Virus record (IMG/VR): IMGVR_UViG_3300035696_000018
Span: 42,776-106,775 of that record
Reading direction: 5' to 3' (one strand)
DNA: 64,000 nucleotides
Source of the DNA: a virus
Below, in pieces: positions 20,746 through 30,223 of the stretch; the first letter of the stretch is position 1; each line of letters opens with the position of its first letter. The position numbers were made by a program, and so were the translations under genes. The notes under the pieces are model-generated. The model was not told the origin of the DNA, searched no databases, and saw only the letters and a program-made list of their open reading frames with translations.

Positions 20746-21303
20746 ATGAACCAGAATAAACACCGAAATAAACTGTTGGGTAAACGCTTTGGAAAACTCA
20801 TCGTAGAAAAAATTGTAGGAGCCGATAAACGCCACAATTCTATATGCCAGTGTCTTTGCGACTGTGGAAATAGAAAAAACGTTTTGTCATACAGGCTAAA
20901 AATTAAGCATACCAAAAGTTGCGGATGCGAAAAGAACAAGCGGAGTCTTCGACCATATGAATGGCTATACCACCTACTTAAAATTTCGGCAAAGAGGACG
21001 GGTCGAAACGTTGATATGACGTTCCAAGAATTTTTGTCTTTTACTACGGTAAAAAACTGTCAATATTGTGGGGCGGAAATTGAATGGCCCCAATTCAATA
21101 AGAAGGGTGAAAATAAGTCTTATTACTTGGACCGAAAAGATAATGATGATGGATATACAAAAAACAATTGTGTTGTTTGTTGTCGGCGGTGCAATTGGAT
21201 AAAGGGAAATGAATTTACTTATAGTGAGATGCTCAAATTGGGGGAATCTGTCAGAGAAATATTGAATTCTCGCATCAAAACTAGGAATGGCTCCTATGTA
21301 TAG
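20746..21303 (+). CDS. HNH homing endonuclease
   Basis: GKRFGKL..CLCDCG..KSCGC N-terminus; CQYCG..LDRKDN..GYTKNNCVVCCRRCN; AT-rich. Confidence 0.8.
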   Translation: MNQNKHRNKLLGKRFGKLIVEKIVGADKRHNSICQCLCDCGNRKNVLSYRLKIKHTKSCGCEKNKRSLRPYEWLYHLLKISAKRTGRNVDMTFQEFLSFTTVKNCQYCGAEIEWPQFNKKGENKSYYLDRKDNDDGYTKNNCVVCCRRCNWIKGNEFTYSEMLKLGESVREILNSRIKTRNGSYV

Positions 21304-21377
21304 CAGACGGCAACGAAGGGGTTTTCGTTGTACAACTCGTCACTAACGTTTGTTATGGAAAAAGGAAGTAACGAAAT

Positions 21378-21974
21378 ATGTCACTACAAGAAGTCAAAGT
21401 TTCACGAGAGGACGTACTGCAAATAGTACGTGATAACAAAGATAAACATGATGGTCTGCTTAAAACAGCCATCGAAGGTTACTGGATTGATGCGGAAGCC
21501 TTTTTGAAGAAATTCGAGAAGGAAGAGGTTGAAAAATACAACAAATCTCACAAGCAGCAACTCAAACAACTCCGAAAGAATCGCAAGGAGTATCTAAAGT
21601 CCCTCAAAACGAAAGTCAAGGAAGACCTTGACCGTGTTAAGGACCGACCCCGAACCAAAGGGTTCAACTACTGGCGAGGCAATTTCCCAGAAGACCACGG
21701 GGATGACTACGTGGGCACAATCCGCCGATTGGAGTTGTCGGTGGAACCAGAACTCAAACTGGACACGCATGAATTTGATTCCTACATCTTGAACAGATGG
21801 ACGTGGAAACAATCTTTCATCGCTTCCAATACGTCTTACATTAGCTCGTGGGCGACTGCTTCCTACAGCATGTCACCATGCTCCTTCGCAGTCAGTTCAT
21901 CGTGGAGTAGTGGGTCGTGCATTGCTCCTAGCTATTACGGCACAGGCTCCGCAGTAATGCTGGCCAACTTCTAA
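21378..21974 (+). CDS. Hypothetical protein with charged core and Ser-rich tail
   Basis: 198-aa ORF; TATGTATA at 21295 and AAGGA upstream. Confidence 0.6.
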   Translation: MSLQEVKVSREDVLQIVRDNKDKHDGLLKTAIEGYWIDAEAFLKKFEKEEVEKYNKSHKQQLKQLRKNRKEYLKSLKTKVKEDLDRVKDRPRTKGFNYWRGNFPEDHGDDYVGTIRRLELSVEPELKLDTHEFDSYILNRWTWKQSFIASNTSYISSWATASYSMSPCSFAVSSSWSSGSCIAPSYYGTGSAVMLANF

Positions 21975-21980
21975 GCATTT

Positions 21981-22481
21981 ATGGTCCTTGGCTTCGATGC
22001 ATCAACAACATGTTGTGGGTGGGCCTACTGGAATGGTACGGTGATAGTAGATGCCGGGTTTATTGACTTGTCTAGGCTTGAAACGAACAAAGAAAAGGCT
22101 TTACACGTCATCTCCGTTCTGGAAAGCAATCCCAACATGCCGGTTACATCAACCATTAACCTTGAGGCTGCGTTGTCCGGGTTCATGGGAGGACGCACGA
22201 GCCAACAGACCATAATCAAGCTGGCGAGGTTCAATGCGGTGTTCGAATACATAATGTCCGAACACTGGAAGATTCCAGTCAACCTCGTTAGCGTTACAAC
22301 TGCCCGCAAAAAAGTTTTCGGAAAGGCCAGAGTCAAAGGGTTTACAGGGAAAGAATACGTCCGTCAACAGATAGATTCTCGCTTCAATTACATCCACAAA
22401 TTCGACAAGCTTAATACCCGAGGGGCGTGGGATGCTCACAATGAGGACGTTTACGACGCCGTGGTAATCGCAATGGCCTAA
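21981..22481 (+). CDS. RuvC-like Holliday junction resolvase
   Basis: LGFDASTTCCGW, NLE and EDVYDAVVIA acidic motifs. Confidence 0.8.
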   Translation: MVLGFDASTTCCGWAYWNGTVIVDAGFIDLSRLETNKEKALHVISVLESNPNMPVTSTINLEAALSGFMGGRTSQQTIIKLARFNAVFEYIMSEHWKIPVNLVSVTTARKKVFGKARVKGFTGKEYVRQQIDSRFNYIHKFDKLNTRGAWDAHNEDVYDAVVIAMA

Positions 22482-22483
22482 CT

Positions 22484-22999
22484 ATGCCTTATAAAAATCC
22501 AGAAGACAAGCAGGAGTGCAAGCGACGATACTACGCTCGCAATAAGCATAAAATTCTGTTCCATGCTCAAACCTACTACAAACAGAATAAAGAAGAAATT
22601 AAAGCGAGACAACGTAAGTACAACTTCACTGCCAAGGCCAAAATTTCGGAGAGGAATAGCCTGTTCCGAAAACATCATCCGTTCAAGGAGTTAATGAGGG
22701 CGGTGAATGCCAACTCGAAAAAACGTGGGCATCCCGAACGCATAGGCTATATGGATTTGTATAGGTTAGCCAAAAAACAGAAATGCCGGTGTGCTCTGAC
22801 GGGTGATAAGCTGACCAGAGACAACATTTCTGTGGACCACATTACCCCACTTTCTAAGGGCGGAAATAACGTAGTGGAAAATCTCCGACTTGTCACGTAC
22901 GACGTGAATATTGTGAAAAATTCCTTGAGTGATTTAGAGTTCCTGACGATATGTAAGAATGTAGTGAGACACAATGAAAACCATACGGATAACCTGTGA
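22484..22999 (+). CDS. HNH homing endonuclease
   Basis: CALTG..SVDHITPLSKGG.N...NLRLV...N..K. Confidence 0.8.
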   Translation: MPYKNPEDKQECKRRYYARNKHKILFHAQTYYKQNKEEIKARQRKYNFTAKAKISERNSLFRKHHPFKELMRAVNANSKKRGHPERIGYMDLYRLAKKQKCRCALTGDKLTRDNISVDHITPLSKGGNNVVENLRLVTYDVNIVKNSLSDLEFLTICKNVVRHNENHTDNL

Positions 23000-23213
23000 C
23001 CGATGCGGTCAAGAAGTCGAGGGCGTGCTCGACCAGTGTAAGTCCACAGGAGTTATTGTCACAGGTGGTTACTACATCGTAGCCGAGGGGAATTGGCAAG
23101 AGTTTCAACGGGATGATGAGGAATACGTTTGCGATGATTGTATGCACTCCGACCCCAAATACATTGCCATCTACGGCGACTTGAAAGCCAAGCGGGTTGA
23201 CTCTCCAAAGTGA
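22974..23213 (+). CDS. Small zinc-finger hypothetical protein
   Basis: CDRC ... CDDC; overlapping operon packing. Confidence 0.5.
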   Translation: MKTIRITCDRCGQEVEGVLDQCKSTGVIVTGGYYIVAEGNWQEFQRDDEEYVCDDCMHSDPKYIAIYGDLKAKRVDSPK

Positions 23214-23590
23214 AACCAGGGTTTCTATACATTGTTACGAACGAAGCCTTCCCTGGATGGGTAAAAGTGGGAACCACTTGGAATCTCGTTGACCGTCTCC
23301 ACACTTACCAAACAGGAGACCCCTTCCGCCGTTATCGCCTCGTTTATTGGCTTCAACACCCAGAGTTCCGTCAAGCCGAGAAGAAAATCAAAGAGGTCAT
23401 GAAGCATTTCGCCTTGTCCATCAAGGGGGAATGGTATGAAATTGACCTTGACATGGCTAAAAGCCGCCTTGACGAGCAGCTTGAGGATTACAACAGTTTC
23501 ATGCCTCCGTTAAAAAAAGTTGAGTTTGACCCCGATTTAAGTTATGCTATCGGGGATGATGGTACAATCCGAACTGGTAGCAATCTTTAA
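23210..23590 (+). CDS. T5orf172 / GIY-YIG domain protein
   Basis: GFLYIVTN..FPGWVKVG.T...RL..YQTGDP...AE...GEWY. Confidence 0.8.
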   Translation: MKPGFLYIVTNEAFPGWVKVGTTWNLVDRLHTYQTGDPFRRYRLVYWLQHPEFRQAEKKIKEVMKHFALSIKGEWYEIDLDMAKSRLDEQLEDYNSFMPPLKKVEFDPDLSYAIGDDGTIRTGSNL

Positions 23591-24509
23591 CGAGTTGCTT
23601 GGGCAGCAAGCCCGTCTCCGCAAGGGAGGCATTCAGGCCACGTACCATTGCCCGTTTTGTGCGGACAAGAATCTTGTAACTCATAAGTTGGAACTCGCCT
23701 TGGGAGGTCCACGTATTGGCTCATATCACTGTTGGCGATGCGACACGAAAGGAGCTACGTTTGGGAGTTTGTTAAAGAAACTCCAAGCCCCGCAAGGTTA
23801 CAGAGAAGCGATTTTCAAACTGACTGGTGACATTCGACTCGCCCGATACCAAAAGTCTTCCGACCAATCCTACCTCAGCTTGCCATCGGAGTTCCACCCG
23901 ATGCACAAGCCCAAGAGCACCCCAGAATATAAGAATGCATTGGCATACTTAAAAAAACGTGGAATCACCCGTGAGGACATACTTAGGTACAATATCGGGT
24001 ACTGCGAAGGCGGCGAGTACGACCAGCACGTTATCGTACCATCATACGATGCGAAGGGTGCTCTCAACTTTTTCATTGGCCGACGTTACTACGTTGATGA
24101 CCCAGGAATACCACACAAAAAGCCCGATGTCTCAATGGATATTGTCGGATTTGAAAGTTTTGTCAACTACCATGAACCGCTTAATCTCTGTGAGGGCGTC
24201 TTTGACGCAATGGCAATTCGCAACAATGCCATCCCTCTGTTTGGCAAATATCCATCACCAACTCTCAGAGCCAACATGAACCTGTTCCACGTTCGGCGTG
24301 TTAACGTCGTTCTGGATTGGGATGCCGAAGCAGATTCAATAAAGATGTACAAACGATTGCGTAGAGAAGTTCCATCCGTCGAGATTCATATCGTGAAACT
24401 TGATGGCAAAGACCCCTCCAAGCTAGGGTTCATCCATACGCATACACTCATTCGAAATTCCCCCGAGTTTGACGAAAGCGACCTTTTGAGATACGAATTG
24501 CAACTATGA
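23556..24509 (+). CDS. DNA primase (Zn-binding domain + TOPRIM)
   Basis: CPFC...HCWRC; YLKKRGI; CEGVFDA; LDWDA; KDPS. Confidence 0.85.
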   Translation: MMVQSELVAIFNELLGQQARLRKGGIQATYHCPFCADKNLVTHKLELALGGPRIGSYHCWRCDTKGATFGSLLKKLQAPQGYREAIFKLTGDIRLARYQKSSDQSYLSLPSEFHPMHKPKSTPEYKNALAYLKKRGITREDILRYNIGYCEGGEYDQHVIVPSYDAKGALNFFIGRRYYVDDPGIPHKKPDVSMDIVGFESFVNYHEPLNLCEGVFDAMAIRNNAIPLFGKYPSPTLRANMNLFHVRRVNVVLDWDAEADSIKMYKRLRREVPSVEIHIVKLDGKDPSKLGFIHTHTLIRNSPEFDESDLLRYELQL

Positions 24510-27500
24510 TAAACATCATCAAAACCAAGATTGAGAAGTTCACTCACGTTCTGCAAATTGCAGACATCCACATTCGACTGACGAAGCGGCACGACGAGTT
24601 CAAGGAAGTTTTTGCCAACCTGTACGAAGAAATCAAGAAGACCCCCGAGACTACGGCAGTCGTCCTTGTCGGAGACGTATTCCACTCCAAGAGTGACTTG
24701 ACGCCCGAGTGCGTTCAAATGGCCTCCGACCTATTCAGCGGAATCGCTGCCATTCGTCCGTTAGTCCTCGTTGCTGGAAACCACGATGCCACACTGTCGA
24801 ACAAGAGTCGTCTGGACAGTCTAACTCCCATTGTGGATGCTATCAACAACCCCAATATTCACTATCTCAAGACCACGGGTCTTTATGGGATGGCGAATAT
24901 CTTGTTCAACAACATGGGGGTGTTTGATGCCCCCGAACATTACATTCGTGGGGACACCATCCCAGAAATCTATCGTAACCAATACGAACACATAATTGCT
25001 CTATTCCACGGGGCAGTTGACCGTGCGGCATTGGATACGGGGTATTCGATTAGCAACCCCGCCATCATGAATCCGTTGTTCGATTACAATGACATGGCGA
25101 TGCTTGGGGACATTCACAAGCGTCAAGACATGCAGGACTACGATGAAATGACTCATAAGCCTTGCATTCACTATGTCGGTTCGATGATTCAACAGAACCA
25201 CGGCGAGGATTTGGATGGGCATGGCTACTCTCTGTGGGACTTGAAAACACGCAAGTATGAGTTCCACGAGTTGAAGAATGACTTCGGGTACTTCACCATT
25301 GATATTCAGAAAGGGCAACTCACAACCGATTTGGCGAAGCTTCCCAAGAAGGTGCGTCTCCGCATGAAGTGCTACGAGAGCATTGCCTCGGAAGTCAAAA
25401 AGGTCTTGGCGGAAATCAAGATGAAGACGCAAGTCGTCGAGACTGCTTATGTCCGAATGGACCAAGAGCGGGACAAAAAGGACATCATTCCTCTCTGCAA
25501 AGACATTGTTCTGTCTGACTTGACGAGCATTGACTATCAAGAAAAGTTGCTGATTGAGTTTCTGACCAAGAAACTTGACATCACAGACCAGACGAAGATT
25601 GATTCCATTCTCAAGATTAACAAGGCGACGAACCAACTCATTAAGCGAGACGAGTTTGCTCGCAATTTGAGATGGAAGCCCATCCGATTTGAGTGGGACA
25701 ATATGTTCACGTATGGTGAAGGCAATGTCATTGACTTCTCCAATATGGCGGGAGTTTATGGCATCTTCGGGCCGAATAGGTGTGGTAAGTCGAGCATCTT
25801 ATCCGCTCTTATCTTCTGCTTATTCGACAAGTTCGACCGTGGGTATAAGGGGCTTCATGTTCTCAATGTTCAGAAATCCACTTTCCGATGCAAACTCGAA
25901 TTTGAGATTTCGGGCGTTCGATATTTCATCGAACGCAACGGGAACACGACTCGTTCAGGCAACGTCAAAGTGGACGTGAGGTTCTGGAAGGTCGTCAATG
26001 GGGTTGAGGAAGACCTTCAAGGTTCGGCACGACGAGATACCAATGACATCATTCGTGACTATATTGGTTCGTATGAAGACTTCATCATCACGGCTGCATC
26101 ATTCCAGAGTGCCAAGAACCTCAGCAACTTCATTGACATGGGAAATAGTGAGCGTAAGGACTTGCTCGTGCAGTTCATTGGCCTGAACGTCTTTGACCGT
26201 TTGGATGAATCTGGTCGTGAGCGTAGCCGAGAGTTGGCTGCGGTTCTCAAGACGCACAAGGATAAGAACTATCAACTCGAAATCGAGCAAAACAAGAATG
26301 CGTTGGCACACGCCGAATCCATGTTTGCTTCCGCCAATGACCAAGCGGAAAGTTTGAAGTCTCAAATCGTAGCGGTCAACGAGCAAATCATCGCCGAGAG
26401 TGCGAATCTTATCAAGCTAGACACCAGCGTCCCCACGGACTTGCAGACGTTGCAGACCCGAAGGGAAACCGCCGAGAAGACCATCGAAGCCAAGCACAAG
26501 ACCATAACGGAAACCCGTGAAGCAAACGCCGCTCGGGAAAAGAAACTGGCCGAGATTGAGGAAGAAATCGTCAAGTTGGAGAAGCAAGACCTTGTGGAAT
26601 CTCACAAAAAGTATAAGGAAATCTCCGACAAGATTTCCGCCATGAAGCAGAAGATTGAACTCAAAAAAGTAGAAGTCAAAGGAAAGATTGAGAAGGTGGA
26701 CCGACTCAAAACCCATAAATTCGACCCCAACTGCCGATTCTGTGTTGAGAACCAGTTTGTCAAGGACGCCTACAAAGCCAAGGATGAACTCGTTGCGGAC
26801 AAGAAAGAGACCGATGGTCTGATGGCGGGTCTTATTGACCTTCGTAAAGACCTTGACGTTTACAAGTGGGTCGAGACCGCTTATGAAAAATACACCAAGC
26901 TTCTGACTGACCGTGGAAATCTCCGAGAGGAATGCCAGAAAGGCAGCAAGCAAATCATCATCATTACCAACGAACTTGAACGTTTGGATTCCGCCTTTAA
27001 GGATGTCGTGTCGAAAATTGACATCTACCACCGCAACGAAGTGGCCGTAGAGAACAATGCCAAAGTTCAATCGAAAATCAATGCGTTCAAGGTTGCTCTT
27101 GGGAAATTGGACGTTGCTCTCCAGAAGCAAAATCAAGTGCTTATGGACATTTCTGGAAAGAAAGAACTGTTCCGCAGCACCGTAGAGACGGTCACAAAGA
27201 CTCTCAACGAAGTCACGGCGATGGAAGACGAGTTGGATTCCTATACACAATACCTTGCCGCCGTGGGACGTGATGGTATCCCTTATCAAGTCATCTGCAA
27301 CACCGTTCCCGAGATTGAAAAGGAAGTCAATTCCATCCTCAGCCAAGTGGTGGACTACACCATCCAATTCGAGACCGATGGCAAGAACGTTGTGCCCTAT
27401 GTGGCATATGAGCATGGCCGATGGCCGATTGAATTGACCTCTGGGTTTGAGCGATTCGTGGCAAGCGTAGCCATTCGAGTGGCTTTGACAAACATTTCCA

Positions 27501-27712
27501 ATCTCCCGAAGTGTAGTTTTCTTGCAATTGATGAAGGTTGGGCGACGTTGGACGCCGAAAATCTGGCATCTATGTCAACCCTATTCTCGGCGTTGAAAAA
27601 CAATTACGACTTCGTGCTCGTCATAAGTCATATTGACAGCATCAAGGATATGGTGGATAAGACTATAGAAATCACTCATGATGGGGCGATTGCAAAAGTG
27701 GTGTTTGAGTAA
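24506..27712 (+). CDS. Mre11/SbcD(gp47)-Rad50/SbcC(gp46) fusion recombination exonuclease
   Basis: Nuclease motifs ADIH, GDVFH, GNHD, GDIH; Walker A GPNRCGKS; zinc hook CRFC; signature SGFE; Walker B AIDEG; ISH. Confidence 0.9.
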   Translation: MINIIKTKIEKFTHVLQIADIHIRLTKRHDEFKEVFANLYEEIKKTPETTAVVLVGDVFHSKSDLTPECVQMASDLFSGIAAIRPLVLVAGNHDATLSNKSRLDSLTPIVDAINNPNIHYLKTTGLYGMANILFNNMGVFDAPEHYIRGDTIPEIYRNQYEHIIALFHGAVDRAALDTGYSISNPAIMNPLFDYNDMAMLGDIHKRQDMQDYDEMTHKPCIHYVGSMIQQNHGEDLDGHGYSLWDLKTRKYEFHELKNDFGYFTIDIQKGQLTTDLAKLPKKVRLRMKCYESIASEVKKVLAEIKMKTQVVETAYVRMDQERDKKDIIPLCKDIVLSDLTSIDYQEKLLIEFLTKKLDITDQTKIDSILKINKATNQLIKRDEFARNLRWKPIRFEWDNMFTYGEGNVIDFSNMAGVYGIFGPNRCGKSSILSALIFCLFDKFDRGYKGLHVLNVQKSTFRCKLEFEISGVRYFIERNGNTTRSGNVKVDVRFWKVVNGVEEDLQGSARRDTNDIIRDYIGSYEDFIITAASFQSAKNLSNFIDMGNSERKDLLVQFIGLNVFDRLDESGRERSRELAAVLKTHKDKNYQLEIEQNKNALAHAESMFASANDQAESLKSQIVAVNEQIIAESANLIKLDTSVPTDLQTLQTRRETAEKTIEAKHKTITETREANAAREKKLAEIEEEIVKLEKQDLVESHKKYKEISDKISAMKQKIELKKVEVKGKIEKVDRLKTHKFDPNCRFCVENQFVKDAYKAKDELVADKKETDGLMAGLIDLRKDLDVYKWVETAYEKYTKLLTDRGNLREECQKGSKQIIIITNELERLDSAFKDVVSKIDIYHRNEVAVENNAKVQSKINAFKVALGKLDVALQKQNQVLMDISGKKELFRSTVETVTKTLNEVTAMEDELDSYTQYLAAVGRDGIPYQVICNTVPEIEKEVNSILSQVVDYTIQFETDGKNVVPYVAYEHGRWPIELTSGFERFVASVAIRVALTNISNLPKCSFLAIDEGWATLDAENLASMSTLFSALKNNYDFVLVISHIDSIKDMVDKTIEITHDGAIAKVVFE

Positions 27713-27762
27713 AATATTCTCACTTTTATGTTATTACATCTATATTTATAGGAGGACCACTT

Positions 27763-27921
27763 ATGGGTCGAAAACGAAAATACTTTACCGAGGAAGAAAT
27801 AGATGAATGCAACCGAGCAAAAGCCAGACGTTATTACGAGCGGCACAGGAAAGAAATCCTGCGGAAACGAATGCGAAAGTACTGGGAGTCGGTGGACAAA
27901 GGAGTGTCCAAGATGCCATAG
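27763..27921 (+). CDS. 52-aa basic protein (not in the ORF track)
   Basis: MGRKRKYFTEEEIDECNRAKARRYYERHRKEILRKRMRKYWESVDKGVSKMP; preceded by TATTTATA and GGAGG. Confidence 0.6.
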   Translation: MGRKRKYFTEEEIDECNRAKARRYYERHRKEILRKRMRKYWESVDKGVSKMP

Positions 27922-28675
27922 GATACAGACATATTCCAACAAATGGAAACTCCAACGTGCCGTCGAATCCAATACTAAATGCTTCAAGTGTTGCAACGCC
28001 ATAGTTCTCGACCAAGAGTTTTATTATAGGAATTGTCCTCAATGTGGTCGTCAGATAAAACTCAAAGACAAATTTCGATTTTACGAGGGGCAACGGAAAA
28101 ACTTGAAGTGCCCAAGATGCCGTCATCTTGGGATAAAAATGCCAGAGTCAGCGAAGAAAAGACTTTCCGAGTTGGCATTACAGCGTGGTGGACATCCGCA
28201 CACCGATGCCCATAAAACGAAAATTCGTGGTAGTGGAAACCCCATGTATGGGGTCCATAGATATGACAATCTCAATCCCTTCTATGGCAAGCGACACAAC
28301 GAAGACGCCCGCCGACGAATGCGTGTCGCAGCGTGCTTGCGAGTTATCGCACTACAGCGGAGCAACAACGGGAGGGTCAACAATGTCGGGAAGCGAGAGG
28401 GTGCCTATTTCTCGCAGTTGGAGCAGGAAATGGGCTGGAACGGAGTGTACTTCGCCAAATGCGGCAGTCAGCACTTCGTTGACCACGTAGGATATTTCGT
28501 TGACTACTACGAGCCGTACTACAACATCGTGGTGGAATACGACGAACCACGACATTACAAGAATGGTATGCTTAAAGAGCGAGATATTCGGAGGATGGAG
28601 CAAATCCACGAGCATATGGACTGCCAGTTTTTTCGGTACAATGCCTACGGGAAAGAGTTAACCAGATTTTTTTAA
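27803..28675 (+). CDS. Putative homing endonuclease: Zn ribbons + NUMOD3 + Vsr/DUF559-like nuclease
   Basis: CPRC/CFKC/CPQC/CPRC; GNPMYG..NPFYGKRH; FVDYY..NIVVEYDE..H; true start uncertain. Confidence 0.7.
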   Translation: MNATEQKPDVITSGTGKKSCGNECESTGSRWTKECPRCHRIQTYSNKWKLQRAVESNTKCFKCCNAIVLDQEFYYRNCPQCGRQIKLKDKFRFYEGQRKNLKCPRCRHLGIKMPESAKKRLSELALQRGGHPHTDAHKTKIRGSGNPMYGVHRYDNLNPFYGKRHNEDARRRMRVAACLRVIALQRSNNGRVNNVGKREGAYFSQLEQEMGWNGVYFAKCGSQHFVDHVGYFVDYYEPYYNIVVEYDEPRHYKNGMLKERDIRRMEQIHEHMDCQFFRYNAYGKELTRFF

Positions 28676-28682
28676 TGGGGAC

Positions 28683-28711
28683 TTGACACGGAGCGGGGTG
28701 CGTGGTAATAT
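28683..28711 (+). promoter_or_regulatory. sigma70-like promoter
   Basis: TTGACA-17-TAATAT with TGn extension, 6 nt before ATG 28718. Confidence 0.65.
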
Positions 28712-28717
28712 GCCATC

Positions 28718-29218
28718 ATGAAAAAGACCAAATTCTGTAATCGTTGTGGGCTGGAAAAGCCCGAAACTCATTTTAGCCCCAACCGTCACTGCTTATCGGG
28801 CGTTACCAGACGTGCCTATTGCATGGACTGCGAATCAAAAAAGATTCCTGTCAACAAATCCCAACTCACGTTGTTTGAAGTGACATTTCCGAGACCAGAC
28901 TACGGAGAGTTGTTTTCGTGCCCGCTTTGCCTTCTTGCCCGACCCAAACGCAATCCCACGGACGTTTGCCTTGACCATAGCCCTCTTAACGGAAACGTTC
29001 GGGGATGGTTGTGCAATACCTGCAACACCAATAACGGAAAGTGGTCGCAGGACCAAATGATTCGGGCGATTGCCTATGGGATTCTCCACGAGAAGAAGAA
29101 CTCGCCGTGGACCGCCGAAGGGTGTAACCAGTTGGGAAACCTCAATCGCCTTTCATCATTACTTTCCGATTCTATTAACACTGCCGTAACATCATACCTC
29201 AATCCTACTCCTGCCTAA
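28718..29218 (+). CDS. Hpy99I-like / EndoVII-family HNH endonuclease
   Basis: CNRC..F..N..RR..CMDC..P..G..F.CPLC..LDH...G.VRGWLCNTCNT..G. Confidence 0.7.
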   Translation: MKKTKFCNRCGLEKPETHFSPNRHCLSGVTRRAYCMDCESKKIPVNKSQLTLFEVTFPRPDYGELFSCPLCLLARPKRNPTDVCLDHSPLNGNVRGWLCNTCNTNNGKWSQDQMIRAIAYGILHEKKNSPWTAEGCNQLGNLNRLSSLLSDSINTAVTSYLNPTPA

Positions 29219-29219
29219 T

Positions 29220-30182
29220 ATGGCAACCAAACTCAAACTGAATACGGTTTATAACGAGGACTGTTTGCAGACAATGGACCGCATGGAGGATGACTCCGTG
29301 GATTTGACGGTCACATCCCCGCCGTATGATGATAGACGGTCATACGATGCCTTAATCAAGGGATTGAAACCAGAGTTTAATGGGTATTCGTTTCCGTTTG
29401 AGAAAATTGCGAAAGAACTCTATCGGGTCACAAAACCCGGTGGAGTTGTTGTGTGGATTGTCGCCGACGCCACGGTTGGAGGGAGCGAGACAGGGAATTC
29501 GTTTCGTCAGGCTCTATTCTTCAAGGAATGTGGATTCTGTCTTCACGATACGATGGTATATCAGAAGCCTCCCCGAGGGGCACAAGGAAATAACCACGGG
29601 TATTGGCAGGTGTGGGAGTATATGTTTGTCCTCAGTAAAGGACGCCCGAAGACTATTAACCTAATTAAAGACCGAAAGAATCGGGAGGCAAGAATGGGTG
29701 ATAACGGGACAAAACGATTGCGTAATGGAGAATTGCAGAAGACAAAACGAGGCGGATATGACGAGTTTGGTCGGAGGACCAACGTATGGTATTACATAAC
29801 TGGGAAGGGGCATTCGGCAAGCGATGATATAGCATCCAAACACCCAGCACCATTTCCCGAGAAATTGGCACAGGACCACATTCTGTCATGGTCCAATGAA
29901 GGAGATTTGGTTTATGACCCGTTTATGGGAGGGGGCACAACAGCAAAGATGTGCATTCTGACGGGTAGAAAATGGGTGGGAAGCGAACTGATGGAAAAAT
30001 TCTACAAGGTTTCCCAAGAGCGAGTAGCAGAAGGTTTGAAGGTTGCTAAAGCGAATGAAGCCAACAAAAAGAAATTGGCGGTGATTGAGCATAGTAACGA
30101 GGAAAATGGATTTGCTGATATGGGAGACGAGCGTCCCGTGGATGACGACGAAACGTGGGATATAGCCGCAATGGCAAAGTAA
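29220..30182 (+). CDS. N4-cytosine/N6-adenine DNA methyltransferase (beta class)
   Basis: TSPPY catalytic motif, HPAPFP, DPFMGGGTT SAM-binding motif. Confidence 0.9.
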   Translation: MATKLKLNTVYNEDCLQTMDRMEDDSVDLTVTSPPYDDRRSYDALIKGLKPEFNGYSFPFEKIAKELYRVTKPGGVVVWIVADATVGGSETGNSFRQALFFKECGFCLHDTMVYQKPPRGAQGNNHGYWQVWEYMFVLSKGRPKTINLIKDRKNREARMGDNGTKRLRNGELQKTKRGGYDEFGRRTNVWYYITGKGHSASDDIASKHPAPFPEKLAQDHILSWSNEGDLVYDPFMGGGTTAKMCILTGRKWVGSELMEKFYKVSQERVAEGLKVAKANEANKKKLAVIEHSNEENGFADMGDERPVDDDETWDIAAMAK

Positions 30183-30191
30183 CTTCAATCT

Positions 30192-30217
30192 GGCGGGACT
30201 TCGGTCCCGCCTTTTTT
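30192..30217 (+). terminator. Intrinsic terminator
   Basis: GGCGGGAC-TTCG-GTCCCGCC-TTTTTT. Confidence 0.85.
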
Positions 30218-30223
30218 CTGTAC

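Noticed and set aside
23510-23523. A-run in the T5orf172 gene as a frameshift site
   Set aside because: The -1 frame hits a stop within two codons and no downstream product is gained
26417-27415. Long antisense ORFs (also 8744..9520, 39564..40424, 47995..48921, 58615..59367, 62010..62822)
   Set aside because: Shadows of well-supported + strand genes, with no motifs or expression signals
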